From Candidatus Heimdallarchaeota archaeon (GTDB taxonomy: Archaea; Asgardarchaeota; Heimdallarchaeia; Hodarchaeales; Hodarchaeaceae): a DNA stretch of 64,000 nucleotides. The position numbers and the translations under genes are program-made. Positions 1 to 10,151 of this stretch are shown here, piece by piece. The notes under the pieces are model-generated. The model was given only the letters and a program-made list of their open reading frames with translations, had not been told where the DNA came from and searched no databases. The number at the start of each line of letters is the position of its first letter. Positions within the stretch are counted from its first letter, which is position 1. Location of the stretch: NCBI GenBank assembly GCA_011364965.1, contig RDOB01000003.1:128001-192000 (forward strand). The letters run 5' to 3'.

Positions 1-3
1 AAA

Positions 4-1050
4 ATGGAAAATAATAATGAAATTAATGTTATAAAAGGTTTTAATCACAAAACAGGAGTACATTGCACTTCTAGTGCACTTAGGAATATATTTGAGTTTT
101 ATGGACTGAAATTGAGCGAAGAAATGATCTTTGGAATAGGAGGAGGTTTAGGATTAGGATATTTAAAATTCAAAAATCAAAACCCAATGATTGGTGGACG
201 TCAAAATGATTTTGAAAAAAACTTAGCCAAGCTAATGAATACTCCTTTGAAGATTTACAGAACAAAAGACAAAGAAGAGGGTTGGAACCATCTACGATCG
301 TATCTCGAAAATAATAAACCGATGGCAATTAATATTGATATGGCATACTTACCATACCATAAAGGAGACCTTCCAAGGGAGGATTATCATTTTGGCATGC
401 ATACAGTAGTTGTTTGTGGATATAATCCTAAAAAAAATACTGTTTCCCTCGCTGATACTGCTTATGAAGAAATTCAAGAGATAACAGTAGAGGAATTATC
501 CGCAGGACGAAACGCATCATATAATAGATGGTTGGATCCTTATAACTTTATTTATGAATTTGACTTCAATCAGAAAAGACCAGATCTAGTAGAAATTATC
601 CCCCAAGCCATAAGAAATAATGGGAATTCGCTACAAAAAAGTAGCAAATTAATGACTTTTATGGGAATTTATAGTGGTCCTAAAGGTCTAAATAAATTTG
701 CAGAGGATCTTGGAACTTGGCCCAAATTATCAAAGAACATATTATTGGAACAATGTAAAGAAATTTCGGGTTATATCTCCCATTATGGCACAGGTGGAGG
801 CTTCTTTAGATTTTTATACAGTCGATTCTTACTAGAGTGTGCAGAACTATTAGAGGATAACAGATTGAGTGATCTTAGTGATAATTACGATAGTTTGGGA
901 AAAGAATGGGAAGATTTTTCAGATCATCTCGAGAAATTCCCTTTAAAAGGTGAAGAAGAGGAAGTTTTAGTATTACAAAAACTCTTAATGAACATAATTC
1001 ACTTAGAAAGAGAGAACGCAAAAAAATTAGCTAATTATTGGCATCCATAG
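4..1050 (+). CDS. BtrH_N/DUF4872 papain-like (C39-related) protein
   Basis: HCTSSAL Cys motif, MIFGIGGGLG, DMAYLPY..HFGMH His motif, C-terminal GTGGGFFRFLY typical of BtrH-like proteins. Confidence 0.75.
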   Translation: MENNNEINVIKGFNHKTGVHCTSSALRNIFEFYGLKLSEEMIFGIGGGLGLGYLKFKNQNPMIGGRQNDFEKNLAKLMNTPLKIYRTKDKEEGWNHLRSYLENNKPMAINIDMAYLPYHKGDLPREDYHFGMHTVVVCGYNPKKNTVSLADTAYEEIQEITVEELSAGRNASYNRWLDPYNFIYEFDFNQKRPDLVEIIPQAIRNNGNSLQKSSKLMTFMGIYSGPKGLNKFAEDLGTWPKLSKNILLEQCKEISGYISHYGTGGGFFRFLYSRFLLECAELLEDNRLSDLSDNYDSLGKEWEDFSDHLEKFPLKGEEEEVLVLQKLLMNIIHLERENAKKLANYWHP

Positions 1051-1080
1051 GAATCCAATTTTTAAAAGGGGTGAATAGTA

Positions 1081-1707
1081 ATGGTAAAAATAGATTTTAA
1101 AAAGGAACTTAAGGAATATTATTCCGGAAAAGCTGGAAGAGTTGTAGTTGTGGATATTCCCAAATTTTATTTCCTGATGATCGATGGTAAAGGATACCCA
1201 GAAACATCACAAGAGTACCAAGACGCCATGGGAACAATCTATCCAATATCTTATACATTAAAGTTTATGATGAAGAAAAAAGGAAAGGATTATGTAGTTA
1301 TGCCTTTAGAAGGTTTATGGTGGGCTGAAGACATGGATGTATTCACTTCTGAATTTATGGAGCAGAAGGAGGAGTGGTTATGGACTTCACTTGTGATGCA
1401 ACCAGATTTTATCACACAGGAGCTTGTTGACAAAGCAATAATAGAGTTGCAAGAAAAGAACAAATCACTTCCTAGCTTGTCTAAATTGCGATTCCAAGCT
1501 TTTGAAGAAGGTAAATGTGTCCAAATTCTTCATCTTGGACCATTCTCGGAGGAAGGTTCTACTATTGAGCTTCTGCACAACTATATTGAAAAAATCGGAG
1601 GTACCTTTGATGGAAAAAAGCAGAAGCATCATGAAATCTATCTTAGTGATCCAAGAAGGACTCAACCTGAGAAATTAAAGACATTAATCAGACAACCTTT
1701 TATCTAA
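1081..1707 (+). CDS. GyrI-like small-molecule binding protein / putative cyclopropyl hydrolase (Lin2189 type)
   Basis: FLMIDGKG.P, PLEGLWW, HLGPF.EE and HHEIYLSDPRR motifs; GGGGTG SD upstream. Confidence 0.85.
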   Translation: MVKIDFKKELKEYYSGKAGRVVVVDIPKFYFLMIDGKGYPETSQEYQDAMGTIYPISYTLKFMMKKKGKDYVVMPLEGLWWAEDMDVFTSEFMEQKEEWLWTSLVMQPDFITQELVDKAIIELQEKNKSLPSLSKLRFQAFEEGKCVQILHLGPFSEEGSTIELLHNYIEKIGGTFDGKKQKHHEIYLSDPRRTQPEKLKTLIRQPFI

Positions 1708-1722
1708 ATCTTTTTTTCTATT

Positions 1723-2382
1723 TCAAACCCATTGAAAGGCGAATTCCTGAAGGATTTTGAGTTCGGCCCGTTTCAATCGTTCTTGCATTGCTACACGTTT
1801 AATACCTAGTTTTGGTGCAAGTTCAGTTAATTTAATTTGCTTGGGAATTCTATAATATCCTGATTTGAAAGCTAATTGAAATGCCTCGAGTTGTTTAACT
1901 GTTAGCAAAGATTGCTGAAATCCAAAGGGAATAGAAGATGTTGATTGAATCTTTACAGATGTGAATCGAACTTTCAATAACTTTAAAAGGTTTTTTAAGT
2001 ATGTTCGATCGGGGGATAATATAGTATGATATTGAAGACCATTAGATATAGTGATTGGTAGAATTGACATATTTCCACTATTAAGAACGGTTTCATAGAT
2101 AGAAGGATAATCCAATTGATGAATAGTTCGTGTCCAGTACAAAATTGGACTGGAATAGGTAATTTCAAACTTTATAATATCCTTAGATTTCTGAATTGCA
2201 TCTATGTATGAACGAATTGATTCTTCATTTCCATTCAAAGCTTCTATATATCCATATCCTTCAGGTAACTGAATTGATACGATTGTGACCCGAACTGGAT
2301 ACTTTTTCGTAAGCTCACAAGAATAATAATCCTTAGAGTATATTACTAACTTGGTATGTATCATCTTATATACACCCGTCAC
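1723..2382 (-). CDS. Bacterio-opsin activator (HTH_10)-type transcription regulator
   Basis: C-terminal LTVKQLEAFQLAFKSGYY.IPK...LTELA..LGI......ERLKRAE. Confidence 0.85.
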   Translation of the reverse strand: MTGVYKMIHTKLVIYSKDYYSCELTKKYPVRVTIVSIQLPEGYGYIEALNGNEESIRSYIDAIQKSKDIIKFEITYSSPILYWTRTIHQLDYPSIYETVLNSGNMSILPITISNGLQYHTILSPDRTYLKNLLKLLKVRFTSVKIQSTSSIPFGFQQSLLTVKQLEAFQLAFKSGYYRIPKQIKLTELAPKLGIKRVAMQERLKRAELKILQEFAFQWV

Positions 2383-2441
2383 TCGACATATTTAAATTAT
2401 AAAACTTATCTTTTTCATCTTTCTATTGGACAAGATTTCCC

Positions 2442-3368
2442 ATGGTCTCCCCATACTCGAAAGCTTATTTGCTAGCTCTTCTGGAAGCTCTTTTCGTCAC
2501 TATTTTATGGAGTTCATCATGGGTGATAATCAAGTTTACTCTAGAAGAAATTTCTCCTTTAATTTTCGCATCGTTCAGGTATCTTCTTGCTTCTAGCATC
2601 TTAATGTTAATAGTTCTTTCCAACTCCGAATCTAGAAACGCGATTCGAACCCAGAATCGTCATTGGTGGAAATATATTTCACTTTATGGCATTATTTTCA
2701 TTGCAGGTACACAAGGAACACAGTTTTTAGCTCTTGATTTGCTTCCAGCAATTACAGTCTCTTTTTTGCTCAATCTTACTCCTTTCGTAGTTATACTCAT
2801 TTCTATTCCCACTATTCGGGAAGTTCCATCAAAATTCGACATTATATTCTTTTTCACAGTTTTTATTGGAATATTTTTCTATTTCTCTACAAAAAATATT
2901 CTCGTAACTGATTTTTTGGGTATATTCATCGCAATAGTAGGTGTTTTGACGAATGCTTTGTCATCGATTCTTGGACGAAAAATTAATCGTGATACCTCTT
3001 TACAACCAATTGTGATTACTGGAATTAGTATGACAATTGGTTCATTTTTCCTAGTAATTCTCGCTTTCCTAATTGAAGGTTTGACGTTTATGGAAACTAT
3101 TTCTCCATTAGCCATAATTGCTATAATTTGGCTGGGAATTGTTAATACTGCTTTTGCTTTTACTCTTTGGAACAAGGCAATGAAGCATATAAGGGCAATG
3201 GACATTTCATTGATAAATAGTACAATGCTACCACAAATAGTGCTACTATCTATCGTTTTCCTAGAGGAACATCCAACTATGTTCGAATGGCTTGGACTAG
3301 GACTAATTGTATTTAGTGTAGCCTTCATTCAATGGAATCAAACAAGGAATAATAATAACAAGCGCTAA
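2442..3368 (+). CDS. EamA/DMT family transporter
   Basis: About 10 TM helices, LWSSSWV.IK, duplicated EamA pattern. Confidence 0.9.
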   Translation: MVSPYSKAYLLALLEALFVTILWSSSWVIIKFTLEEISPLIFASFRYLLASSILMLIVLSNSESRNAIRTQNRHWWKYISLYGIIFIAGTQGTQFLALDLLPAITVSFLLNLTPFVVILISIPTIREVPSKFDIIFFFTVFIGIFFYFSTKNILVTDFLGIFIAIVGVLTNALSSILGRKINRDTSLQPIVITGISMTIGSFFLVILAFLIEGLTFMETISPLAIIAIIWLGIVNTAFAFTLWNKAMKHIRAMDISLINSTMLPQIVLLSIVFLEEHPTMFEWLGLGLIVFSVAFIQWNQTRNNNNKR

Positions 3369-3370
3369 AA

Positions 3371-4324
3371 TCACACGCCTTTCTCTCCAAAGGTAGGTGT
3401 TATTTCTCGACGCAATAAAAACAAAGCAAGAATTATACAAACTAATCCCAACACCTTGAAATAGGATGTAATTACTATTTCTCCTTCTATGGGTACTATG
3501 AGATCCTCAAAAAAGAGAAAGTATGCACCAAGGAATGCTACTGTTACTGAAAGGGAATTGGCTATAGGGGAAACTATTGAGAGTCGGCCTTTCTCAAATG
3601 CAAGCTGTTGAGCAATAATAGCAAATCCATATGTCAATAAAAACATAACTAGTGAATAAATAAAAATAATCAACGGAAAAAAATCAGCAGTATTAATATG
3701 GTTTATAGCAATTAGAAAGCTTTTAGTAAAAAATGTCCCAAATCCGTAAAATGTTCCTGAAAATAATGGGAAAACATATTCCTCATATCCCTCTCCAACT
3801 CGAGCTACAAACATTAAAAATGCCATTATAATAACAAGGATGATTGTCAAAGGGAAGATTGTAAATAAAAGTGGTACATCTACTTGATCATGTATTGAAA
3901 TACTGGAAGGATTAATGGCTATAACATTAGGGGAGAACGCGATTAATAAAAGACCAACAATTAGAATGACAACCCCAATCCATTCTATCGCTTTCAACCT
4001 TTCTTGGAAGATAAAAAAAGCAAAAATAAAAGTAAATAGAAGATTTGTATTCACCAAAGGTTTAACAATAGAAATATCATAATTATTTAATGCGATTGTA
4101 TAAATAAGGAAACCTGAAATTGCAGTAACACCACCCCACATCCAAATGGGTGTTTTTATTAAACGCCAAGTTTCAGGAAAAATATCTTTGAAAAAATTTT
4201 GAATCTTTATACCTCCCGCTTGAAAAATTCCTTTTTTTAAGAGAATAGCAGATCCTCCGCTAACTAGGCCATATAAAAACATAATAAGGAGAATATAAAA
4301 ACTATCCAAAGGAAATTCAACCAT
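3371..4324 (-). CDS. DMT-superfamily (EamA/NIPA-like) membrane transporter
   Basis: W..G...GF..Y..AL....SIVKPL, QLAFEKGRLSIVSPI; ATG at 4324 preferred over TTG at 4342. Confidence 0.7.
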   Translation of the reverse strand: MVEFPLDSFYILLIMFLYGLVSGGSAILLKKGIFQAGGIKIQNFFKDIFPETWRLIKTPIWMWGGVTAISGFLIYTIALNNYDISIVKPLVNTNLLFTFIFAFFIFQERLKAIEWIGVVILIVGLLLIAFSPNVIAINPSSISIHDQVDVPLLFTIFPLTIILVIIMAFLMFVARVGEGYEEYVFPLFSGTFYGFGTFFTKSFLIAINHINTADFFPLIIFIYSLVMFLLTYGFAIIAQQLAFEKGRLSIVSPIANSLSVTVAFLGAYFLFFEDLIVPIEGEIVITSYFKVLGLVCIILALFLLRREITPTFGEKGV

Positions 4325-4347
4325 AATAGTACCTTCAGTCAAAATTT

Positions 4348-4872
4348 TTATTCTTCTTCATTTGATTTAATTGGATTCTCCCCAAGAATGGCTTCACGTT
4401 TGAAAAGATATTCTGTTTCATCATTTGACAAATCAAAACTTTTTTTCCTTTTTTTCTTTTTTAGGGAGACTTCTTTCAAAAGTACTTGGTTCTTTTCTTC
4501 CGTGATAGGGATTATTTGACCATCAGCTATTCTCTTAGATGGTTGTTCTTCTGTATATTCCAAATATTTGATGGAAATGTAATGAGATTGATCGTACTCC
4601 CCGATTCCAGAACTTTCCTCAACAAAAATCCTTAAAGATCCAGGTTTTGCTAATTTAATGAGAGGTACATGTAATTCTAGGTATTCTCGATCAGTTGCAC
4701 CAATATATTGCCCCCTAACCTTTCCAAAGTCATCAAGAAGTCGAACTCGATATCTAGTCAACTGTGTTTTTCGTTCTTCGAGATGTACACGGATATAAAA
4801 TGGAATTGGAATAGAAATCTCGGTAAAAGTATCTCCTGCATCGTCAGCAACTTCAATTTTTGTCAAAAACAT
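4348..4872 (-). CDS. Hypothetical protein (beta-rich N-terminus, Lys-rich patch)
   Basis: 174-aa ORF with AGGTGA SD, same strand and closely spaced to the next gene. Confidence 0.6.
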   Translation of the reverse strand: MFLTKIEVADDAGDTFTEISIPIPFYIRVHLEERKTQLTRYRVRLLDDFGKVRGQYIGATDREYLELHVPLIKLAKPGSLRIFVEESSGIGEYDQSHYISIKYLEYTEEQPSKRIADGQIIPITEEKNQVLLKEVSLKKKKRKKSFDLSNDETEYLFKREAILGENPIKSNEEE

Positions 4873-5127
4873 CTCACCTTGACAGAAGCAAGCTTATTCT
4901 AATAGTATTAATTCTTTGGTCTTAAAATCTTTCTCCCCTGAAAAATATTTCCTGAAATTAAAATAACCTATAAAACAACCAGGAGATCGTGGAAGTAAAC
5001 TGCGTTCATTCAATATTTATAATACGAAAATAAAAAATTTAAAAGGTAAAAATAGTAAAAAAGGTCTCTAATTCCTTTTAAAACATAAATAATTGTATTA
5101 TTATGGAGAAAATCTGGAGGGGATTGC

Positions 5128-5139
5128 AAACAATTGTTT
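5128..5139. promoter_or_regulatory. Palindrome AAACAATTGTTT, putative operator copy 1
   Basis: Perfect 12-bp palindrome in a 384-bp intergenic region; the same core recurs at 5199-5214. Confidence 0.45.
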
Positions 5140-5198
5140 ACGCTCCCACTCACAGAATGAAATGGGATAATTCTTACGGAATGAAATGAAATAAAACG

Positions 5199-5214
5199 AT
5201 TAACAATTGTTAAT
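5199..5214. promoter_or_regulatory. Palindrome ATTAACAATTGTTAAT, putative operator copy 2
   Basis: Perfect 16-bp palindrome sharing the AACAATTGTT core. Confidence 0.5.
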
Positions 5215-5256
5215 TTACGTTTTTAAACTTTATGGAATGTGATTTATTATGCTTAT

Positions 5257-5685
5257 TTAGATATCATTTCTGGCCCGTTTAGAATAATATCGAATTTGGG
5301 GCCAGCTTGTATACCCCTCTCCCTCAAAAAGAGATAAACTTACCTCATTATCTTCTAGAATCAGTGCACAATAAATTTCAATTCCAAATCTACTAAAAAG
5401 CTCCCTTTCAGCTGCCTGTATCAATTTTTTCGCAATTCCTTGATGTTGATAGGCAGGATGAACAGCAAGTCTATTTATCCATCCCTTTCGACCGTCATGT
5501 GTTACTAATACTACTCCTCTTATTTCATTATCGATAATATCCCCCAGAAAGAAAACATTGGATTGCATAAGCTGATTTTTTACTGCTTCAGGTCGATCTC
5601 TTCCTTTTATTCTCGTGGGCAGACCTGATAGCTCCCAAAGACGCAAAACATCCTCATACTGTTCATAAGTTATCTCTTCGATCAT
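5257..5685 (-). CDS. GNAT N-acetyltransferase (YpeA-like)
   Basis: HDGRKGWINRLAVHP.YQHQGIA acetyl-CoA motif. Confidence 0.9.
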   Translation of the reverse strand: MIEEITYEQYEDVLRLWELSGLPTRIKGRDRPEAVKNQLMQSNVFFLGDIIDNEIRGVVLVTHDGRKGWINRLAVHPAYQHQGIAKKLIQAAERELFSRFGIEIYCALILEDNEVSLSLFEGEGYTSWPQIRYYSKRARNDI

Positions 5686-6494
5686 TCAAAAGTCCTTCGA
5701 GCGTCATTCCACTTATTAGATAATATTTCAGCCTTTTCTTCATCAATTGGAGAATGAATGTCAGTTTTCTTGATGGAACTTCCGACTATAGCCCCAGAAA
5801 TATATTCAAAAACTGTATTGAGATTATCAGAGGATAATCCACTTCCTAATATTGGATAAATTCCAGATTGTTTTACAAATTCCGATAATGCTGATTTTTC
5901 AACGAGTTTCCCTGTTTCTGATCCAGATACTATTATTGCATTTGCTTTTCCGCGATTCAAAGCATTTTTCGCTGCTTCAGCTAAGGAGAATTGGCCCAGA
6001 GGAGACGCGTGTTTCACGTGAACATCAGCCAAAATTAATACCTTTGATTTTAAACTCCGTACTTTTCTTTGCACACCATCTGCTACACCTTCAATTATGC
6101 CTTGATCAGTAACGTAAGCTCCTTCCCAAACATTACAGCGGATAAATGAGGATCCAGTAATATGAGCTATTGTTAATGCTTGTTCACATGCATTTCGAAG
6201 AATATTGATACCTAAAGGAAGTTTGATCTCTTTTTTTACATTTTCTACCACTAAAGTCATCATAAGGAGTATTTCATCTTCTATCCGATATTTAGAAAAG
6301 GGAAAGTCGTTAAAGTTTTCAATAAGAATCCCATCATATCCTGTTTTCATTAAAACTCCAGCATCACATAATACAGACTCAATCATTTCTTCTTTTACAT
6401 CAGGATGCTCGATACATTTCCGAAGACAAGGAAGATGAACCATACCTATTAAAGGTTTATTTTTTAAATCCAAAACCGTTGAGGAGCTTTTCAA
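5682..6494 (-). CDS. BtpA/SgcQ family TIM-barrel protein
   Basis: IGMVHL, IENFNDFPF, GINILRN, ADVHVKH, IVSGSETG, AIVGS. Confidence 0.9.
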   Translation of the reverse strand: MKSSSTVLDLKNKPLIGMVHLPCLRKCIEHPDVKEEMIESVLCDAGVLMKTGYDGILIENFNDFPFSKYRIEDEILLMMTLVVENVKKEIKLPLGINILRNACEQALTIAHITGSSFIRCNVWEGAYVTDQGIIEGVADGVQRKVRSLKSKVLILADVHVKHASPLGQFSLAEAAKNALNRGKANAIIVSGSETGKLVEKSALSEFVKQSGIYPILGSGLSSDNLNTVFEYISGAIVGSSIKKTDIHSPIDEEKAEILSNKWNDARRTFE

Positions 6495-6669
6495 ATTTAT
6501 CTAACTCCGATTGAAAATCAATAGTTATATATCTAAGCTCAATGAATATGTGTTTCGATAATATTAATACAAAACATAAAAAGAATTCCGTAACTTCATA
6601 CATTAAACTCAATCTAGTACAATATTTTTTGAAATATTGCTCTTCATAACCTTCCTGGGGATCCTGATC

Positions 6670-6948
6670 ATGATTAAAATTTATCTATATGGACATCTTA
6701 AAAAAATATTTGACCCAAACGCATCATTAGCAGAGAATACAATTATCGAAATACCTTTTAAGAAAAATGAAACATTTGATGGTTTAATTATCAGAATAGG
6801 TTTAAATAATCACCAAATCGGAGACTGCTTTATTAATGGAAAATATGCTCAAAAAACAATAGAAATTTCTGATAATTCAAGAATAGGAATATTCCCAACA
6901 GGAATGCGTTTAATTGATGGCGGATTATATATCAAACTACTTAATTAA
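6670..6948 (+). CDS. MoaD/ThiS-like beta-grasp (ubiquitin-like) protein
   Basis: IKIYLYGHLKK, FING, RIGIFP; GG is internal (IDGG-LYIKLLN); ATG at 6670. Confidence 0.65.
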   Translation: MIKIYLYGHLKKIFDPNASLAENTIIEIPFKKNETFDGLIIRIGLNNHQIGDCFINGKYAQKTIEISDNSRIGIFPTGMRLIDGGLYIKLLN

Positions 6949-7113
6949 AATGTGTGAGATCTATTCTCAAAAAAACTTCAGCTAAGTAAACTATTAATGT
7001 ACTTTAACAGCTCTTGTTAAATGCGTGATGACGGTTTTACCGGCAGATCCAATCGTTATTTCGATTGGAGATGATGAGATCTGGCAAACTGATAATTGGT
7101 CTGAGGAAACCGA

Positions 7114-8046
7114 ATGACTCTTTGCATTTGTGGAAAAAATGGAGCTTTTAAAATACCAAGGAATCGACAAACTCTCTGTATAAAATGTTTTTCTGCAGAG
7201 TTGGAAAGATCGGTCGTTAATCGTCTTCCAAAGCATATCAGGGGACATATTGGTGCAGTTGCCCTCTCGGGGGGAAAAGATAGCATCACTCTTCTGAACA
7301 TTTTAATAAGAAATCAAAAAAAACTTCGTATTCCTGAATTATTTACGATTACCATTGAGGAAGGAATTCCAGAAATCGATGAAAGGAGAGGTAAAATTCT
7401 AAAAAATCTTGAAACAAAATTTCCCAATGTTAAATTTCTTCGATTTTCTTACCAAGACTTATTTGGATATACGTTACCAGAGTTCCTCGCATCAGAGAAT
7501 CAGCGAAAATATAAACATACGCCGTGTGCAATATGTGGGGTTTTAAGAAGGCATGCTTTGATTCGTGCAGCGAATTCTATCCGAGCTGATTTCATCGCAC
7601 TAGGAAATACACTCAATGATGAAGCAGCTACTACATTAATTAATATTATTGGAGGAAATCCAGAAAAAAATTATAGATATTTAATTGAATATAAATCGAT
7701 TGAGGATTTATATAATCCCAAGAGAATTAAACCTCTAGAAAAGTTAGAAGAAGCATCTATAATAGAATATGTTAATATTAATAATTTAGAAACTTTAGAA
7801 GTTACATGTCCTTATTCCAAATATTCTTTACGAAGTGAAGTAAATATCTTTCTGTCCACTCTGAAGCTCAAACATCCAGACTTACTTTTCAATATTACCG
7901 CTGCAGGAAAACGCAAAATTAATACAGAATCTCAAACAAAAATTCTCCAGCAATGTGAGAATTGTCCCTCACTTACACCAAAGCAACAATGTTCAGCCTG
8001 CCGGTTGATAGCCAAGTATTTTGGAGCAAAGGATAATTCTCTATAA
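7114..8046 (+). CDS. tRNA 2-thiolation enzyme, TtuA/Ncs6 (CTU1) family
   Basis: PP-loop SGGKDS, PCAICGVLRR, RIKPL, CPY, terminal Zn fingers. Confidence 0.8.
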   Translation: MTLCICGKNGAFKIPRNRQTLCIKCFSAELERSVVNRLPKHIRGHIGAVALSGGKDSITLLNILIRNQKKLRIPELFTITIEEGIPEIDERRGKILKNLETKFPNVKFLRFSYQDLFGYTLPEFLASENQRKYKHTPCAICGVLRRHALIRAANSIRADFIALGNTLNDEAATTLINIIGGNPEKNYRYLIEYKSIEDLYNPKRIKPLEKLEEASIIEYVNINNLETLEVTCPYSKYSLRSEVNIFLSTLKLKHPDLLFNITAAGKRKINTESQTKILQQCENCPSLTPKQQCSACRLIAKYFGAKDNSL

Positions 8047-8271
8047 TTTTTGTCACTCCAAACAATACATGCAATCCAAAAGGTACAAATATCTTTCTCT
8101 TCATATAATGGATCATTATAAGGAAATTATTCTTCATTAATAGCAAAATAATTAAAAAAATTCTCTCTTCTTTTAGAAGAGGCAGTATATGATATATATA
8201 AGCTCCCTAGTTTTAGTTTTCACATTGAAAAATCTTCTTTTATCTCTCCCCAATTAGTTATGTGACGTTTT

Positions 8272-10143
8272 ATGTCCGAAAAACTCTATCAAGAAATAAG
8301 GGGTCTTCTTCTAGATAAGAAAGACCAGCAAGCTAAGAAGCTGATCAAAAGATCTAGAGAATCCTCTGAAAATTATTCGGTGGAACAGAAGTATTGGTAT
8401 TATTTAATTGAGAATTATTATGCAAGAAATCAAAAAGATTCTGAGCTTAGCTATTCTTTTTTATTAAAAGCTAGTCAAATAATGCCCAAAATTACATTGA
8501 ATGAACATCAAAAAGGAAGTTTCCATGGACAGCTAGGAACTACTTTACAGCAACTAGAACGATACGAAGAAGCCCTAAGAGAATATGAGAAAGCACATTC
8601 CAGTGTCAAAAACGATTTTAAAAGACGAAATCATTATCGTAGATCGATGATCTATTGCTATTATAAAATTGGAGATTTAAAACGGTCGTTCGAGTTTATA
8701 TACAATATATTGGCTTCTAATTTTGCAGAAACAACAATAAATGAATGGGATGCAAACCTTGCATTCTCATGGGATCTTATTAATTTTGCTTCAGACCTAA
8801 AGTGGTTTGATTTAATAATTAATGTTTTAAATACAATTAAATTATCTGAAACGGAAATTTTAGGTCGATCGCATCGTAATTTCTTATTTGCTCTTCTCCA
8901 TCGACAGCAGATGAATCGTGAAGCTTTCAAAGAATATATGGAATTAAGTCTCACTTTATGCCCGAAACTACCATTAGAATTTATCCTTAATCTAAGATCG
9001 AATTTTATCATGTTGCTTGAAAACCCATTCGGAGAATTTGAGCGCACTAAAGAATTACTTCAACAAAACTTACAGGATGTAAAGAAACCCTCCCCCCTAC
9101 AAATAGTTTATCTTAATCGTTTAGGTTCGTGTCTTCGTTTTATTGGGCAGTATGAAAAAGCACTTAAAGTTCTCGAAGAAGCCCTGAAAATCAATACAGA
9201 AAATTTTCAGTATAAATGGCAAGAATCATTTTCGCATAACACCATGGGAATGATTTTTACCTTAATGGGGAAGTCAGATCAAGCATTAAGTCATTATACG
9301 AAAAGTTTGGTGATCTGTGAAGAGATAGATGATTTTTATGGAATGGGATTCACATATGGGGCAATTGGATGGCTTGAATCTATAAAAGGAGATCTTGAAA
9401 AAGCTTTGGAATCATATAAATCTGCCTTTAATTCCTTTAATAAGATAGATTATTCTATACCTCCAGTGATCCTTCTAGCTTACTCAGAAATACTTTCACG
9501 TCAACTACCAAGAGATCCAAGTATTGAAGAAAATCTGGAAAAAGCTAGAAATCAAATTTGGCAAAAACAGCGTCGGTTGGACATTGCACGATATTATAAT
9601 ACTTTGGGAAATATCGCTCTAAACTACAAGCAGCTTGATATGGCCGAGAAAGAATTTTCACTTGCCTTGGAATACTCTGATTCTTTCGAAGTGGAAACTC
9701 AAACACTTTTAGGGATTATTAAAGTTAATTTGGAGCAGTTTATACAGTTAGATTCGGAAGAGCATCTCAAAAAAGCTGAATTATTTTTGAACGACCTGAA
9801 AACAGCCTCAAAAAATTCCTTGTTCATTTCTGGAGAAATGGATTTGATTCTAGGTATTATTAACATGTATTATCAGAATTTTGGACGAGCAGAGGAAATT
9901 TTCTCTCATGTGTTCCAACACGCAAGATCCTATGGCTTTAATTCACTCTTAAACAGAGTAGAAAAACAAAAAAAAGTATTAAACATTTTAAATACTCATA
10001 AACAAATAGAAACTATTTTAGAAGGTTCATATTCGAAAAATGACTTGAAATCTAGTTCAATCCGAGAAGCGATTGCCTATCTAAATGAATTAGGAAATCT
10101 GTTGGGGAGTCATATACGAAAAAATGGAGATAAAGAATCGTAA
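8272..10143 (+). CDS. Tetratricopeptide repeat protein
   Basis: Repeated LG......G.Y..AL.....AL helical motifs. Confidence 0.85.
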   Translation: MSEKLYQEIRGLLLDKKDQQAKKLIKRSRESSENYSVEQKYWYYLIENYYARNQKDSELSYSFLLKASQIMPKITLNEHQKGSFHGQLGTTLQQLERYEEALREYEKAHSSVKNDFKRRNHYRRSMIYCYYKIGDLKRSFEFIYNILASNFAETTINEWDANLAFSWDLINFASDLKWFDLIINVLNTIKLSETEILGRSHRNFLFALLHRQQMNREAFKEYMELSLTLCPKLPLEFILNLRSNFIMLLENPFGEFERTKELLQQNLQDVKKPSPLQIVYLNRLGSCLRFIGQYEKALKVLEEALKINTENFQYKWQESFSHNTMGMIFTLMGKSDQALSHYTKSLVICEEIDDFYGMGFTYGAIGWLESIKGDLEKALESYKSAFNSFNKIDYSIPPVILLAYSEILSRQLPRDPSIEENLEKARNQIWQKQRRLDIARYYNTLGNIALNYKQLDMAEKEFSLALEYSDSFEVETQTLLGIIKVNLEQFIQLDSEEHLKKAELFLNDLKTASKNSLFISGEMDLILGIINMYYQNFGRAEEIFSHVFQHARSYGFNSLLNRVEKQKKVLNILNTHKQIETILEGSYSKNDLKSSSIREAIAYLNELGNLLGSHIRKNGDKES

Positions 10144-10151
10144 CCGATTAC

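Noticed and set aside
2879-3328. Long antisense ORFs such as this one, 8661-9047, 53031-53474 and 34175-34492
   Set aside because: Fully nested opposite well-supported genes, with no motifs or SD
5103-5189. 28-codon ORF MEKIWRGLQTIV... in the intergenic region
   Set aside because: No SD, no recognisable motif; it overlaps the palindromes
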